Below are positions 62,440-64,000 of a stretch of 64,000 nt of DNA, piece after piece. Below the pieces are notes generated by a model that saw only the letters and a list, made by a program, of their open reading frames with translations, searched no databases and was not told where the DNA came from. Numbering within the stretch: position 1 is the first letter of the stretch; each line of letters opens with the position of its first letter. This stretch comes from an uncultured virus (IMG/VR IMGVR_UViG_2061766007_004243) (taxonomy: Duplodnaviria > Heunggongvirae > Uroviricota > Caudoviricetes), in IMG/VR virus record IMGVR_UViG_2061766007_004243; one strand, 5' to 3'. The position numbers and the translations under genes are program-made.

Positions 62440-62802
62440 ATGGATTTTATTAAATTTGAGTTCCCTCTCCAGCGCATCAATGGCGAAGAATATATCGTTG
62501 GTTTGGACGATGCCGGCGTTCTTAAACATAGAAGAAAGCATCTGGGGCTGACACAGCAGCAGGTAGCAAAGTTGGCAGGTATACAGGTCAAGCAATACCA
62601 GCGGCTCGAATCCGGCGAGCGCAACATTATGGGAGCCAGCATGCGCATTGGGTTGTCCATATGCGCTGTGCTCAAACTCGATCCATACAGTTTTATCGGG
62701 ACCGCGGAGAGCATGAACAAAGCGATCAAAGTGACCAAGATCACACCCGATCGGCTGCCTGATATGCAAATAGATTTTGACGATCGGCCCGGGAAGGGGT
62801 AG
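62440..62802 (+). CDS. Xre-family HTH regulator (5' end duplicated at 62316-62416)
   Basis: RRKHLGLTQQQVAKLAGI....YQRLESGER. Confidence 0.88.
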   Translation: MDFIKFEFPLQRINGEEYIVGLDDAGVLKHRRKHLGLTQQQVAKLAGIQVKQYQRLESGERNIMGASMRIGLSICAVLKLDPYSFIGTAESMNKAIKVTKITPDRLPDMQIDFDDRPGKG

Positions 62803-62966
62803 ATGCTCAAGTTTTCTATTTCTTGAGCATCTGGGTTTTTGCGTCAAAACTGTTAGATTTACGTCGCTACTCGACAAGAAATCGTATGTTTTACTCCCAA
62901 AAACCGTAGATGCTCAAGATGCTCAACTTTCCCCCACTCCATAGTTGATCATGTGCGAGGTATAAC

Positions 62967-64000
62967 ATGGAAAAGTCTGTCACTAAACCGTTTCACGCTG
63001 ACATCGAGCCCGGTTCGCCGGAGGACTACAGGCTCACAAAATTCTCGTCGGTTCAGGATGACCCGCCGAGCTGGTTGTGGGCTCCCTTCATTCCGTTTGG
63101 ACATTTGACGATTGTCCAAGGCTGCCCCGGAAGTGGGAAATCATCCATGCTTCTGGATATCATTGCGAGAGCAAGCAAAGGCAGAATGATGCCGGATGGC
63201 AGCAGACTGGATAAGCCAATAACATCCATTTATCAGTGTCTGGAAGCAGGCAAAGCTAGTGTCACGAAGCAAATGCTGCTCAACTCGGGTGCAGACCTTG
63301 ACGCCGTTTCGTTTATTGAAGGAGCCGATCTGACCATCAACGATACACGCATACAAAGAGCGGTTCGGGAAACAAGCGCTAAGATCCTTGTGATCGATCC
63401 CATACAAAACTATCTGAGAGGCAATATGTCTTCAGCTCAAAGGCTCCGCATGGAGCTGGCTCCCATTTGCAGTTTTGCAGCGGAAACGGATTGCGCCGTC
63501 ATTCTCGTCGGTCATTTCACAAAGAAGAGGTCAGCCAAAGCGCTGTATCGGGGAATGGGCAGTGTAGACTTATCCGCCATTGTCAGGAGCATGATTCATG
63601 TTTTCAAAGTTAATGATCACTCCTCGCTCAGATACATAAGACAAATCAAGTGCAACGACGCTATGCAGGGTGAAGACTTTGCTTATGAAATCGTTGGATT
63701 AGGCGATGTAAAATGGATAGGCCCATGTGACCCGGAAGAATTGGATGATCTGGAAGAACAGGCAAAGGCACCAAATCCGGGGAAGTTAAATGAAGCCATG
63801 CTGTATATGCGTAATATGCTCAAAGGTCATGTAGTCTGCGCCATTGACGCGATGGCAGAGATGCTGTCGCAGGGTTTCTCAACAGCTACCATACGCAGGG
63901 CTAAAAGGGAACTGGGCGTTCGATCTGTGCGTCAGTCTGATAAGCGCTGGGTGTGGGTACTGGAAGAGGAACGAATACCACATACCGGACGGAGGTCCAG
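62967..64000 (+). CDS. AAA_25/RepA-like ATPase, runs off window end (absent from ORF track)
   Basis: Manual translation: WLWAPFIPFGHLTIVQGCPGSGKSS, LVIDPIQ, LVGHF, YRGMGS, TIRRAK. Confidence 0.85.
   Translation, partial: MEKSVTKPFHADIEPGSPEDYRLTKFSSVQDDPPSWLWAPFIPFGHLTIVQGCPGSGKSSMLLDIIARASKGRMMPDGSRLDKPITSIYQCLEAGKASVTKQMLLNSGADLDAVSFIEGADLTINDTRIQRAVRETSAKILVIDPIQNYLRGNMSSAQRLRMELAPICSFAAETDCAVILVGHFTKKRSAKALYRGMGSVDLSAIVRSMIHVFKVNDHSSLRYIRQIKCNDAMQGEDFAYEIVGLGDVKWIGPCDPEELDDLEEQAKAPNPGKLNEAMLYMRNMLKGHVVCAIDAMAEMLSQGFSTATIRRAKRELGVRSVRQSDKRWVWVLEEERIPHTGRRS

Overview
Heavily gapped scaffold (dozens of 10-N joins plus four longer N runs) from a moderately GC-rich Firmicute, probably Clostridia judging by the AGGAGG SD sites and gene families. 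1-7.7 kb is an accessory island: degenerate AAA + soluble VirD4-like ATPase + unknown ORF, Xre regulator, metallophosphatase and a DUF6273-like exported protein. 9.7-12.5 kb is host metabolic DNA (sulfatase, azoreductase-like protein, AraC fragments). Nearly everything else is a collapsed mosaic of at least three related prophage-like elements. Two unrelated replication modules are present: Sak4-like ATPase/DUF669/helicase/primase-helicase/RusA, and DUF2800/DUF2815/PolA with primase-DUF3987/VRR-NUC/SNF2. Both feed into a shared late module (DUF1492 activator, short MetK, ParB-DNA methylase), with SH3b exported-protein cargo, an IS110 and a NUMOD4-HNH. No integrase, terminase, portal or capsid gene is visible. 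The strongest unexplained signal is non-coding. The amidoligase -> small ORFs -> class II glutamine amidotransferase operon carries a type I hammerhead ribozyme (three divergent copies), a second conserved three-hairpin RNA and repeated hairpin-SD leader cassettes whose gene content is shuffled between copies. A conserved ~200-nt structured leader precedes the SH3b gene. A low-GC moron encodes an apparent active/inactive pair of permuted papain-like proteins. Gene order across N gaps is not reliable. All family names come from motif recognition, not database searches.
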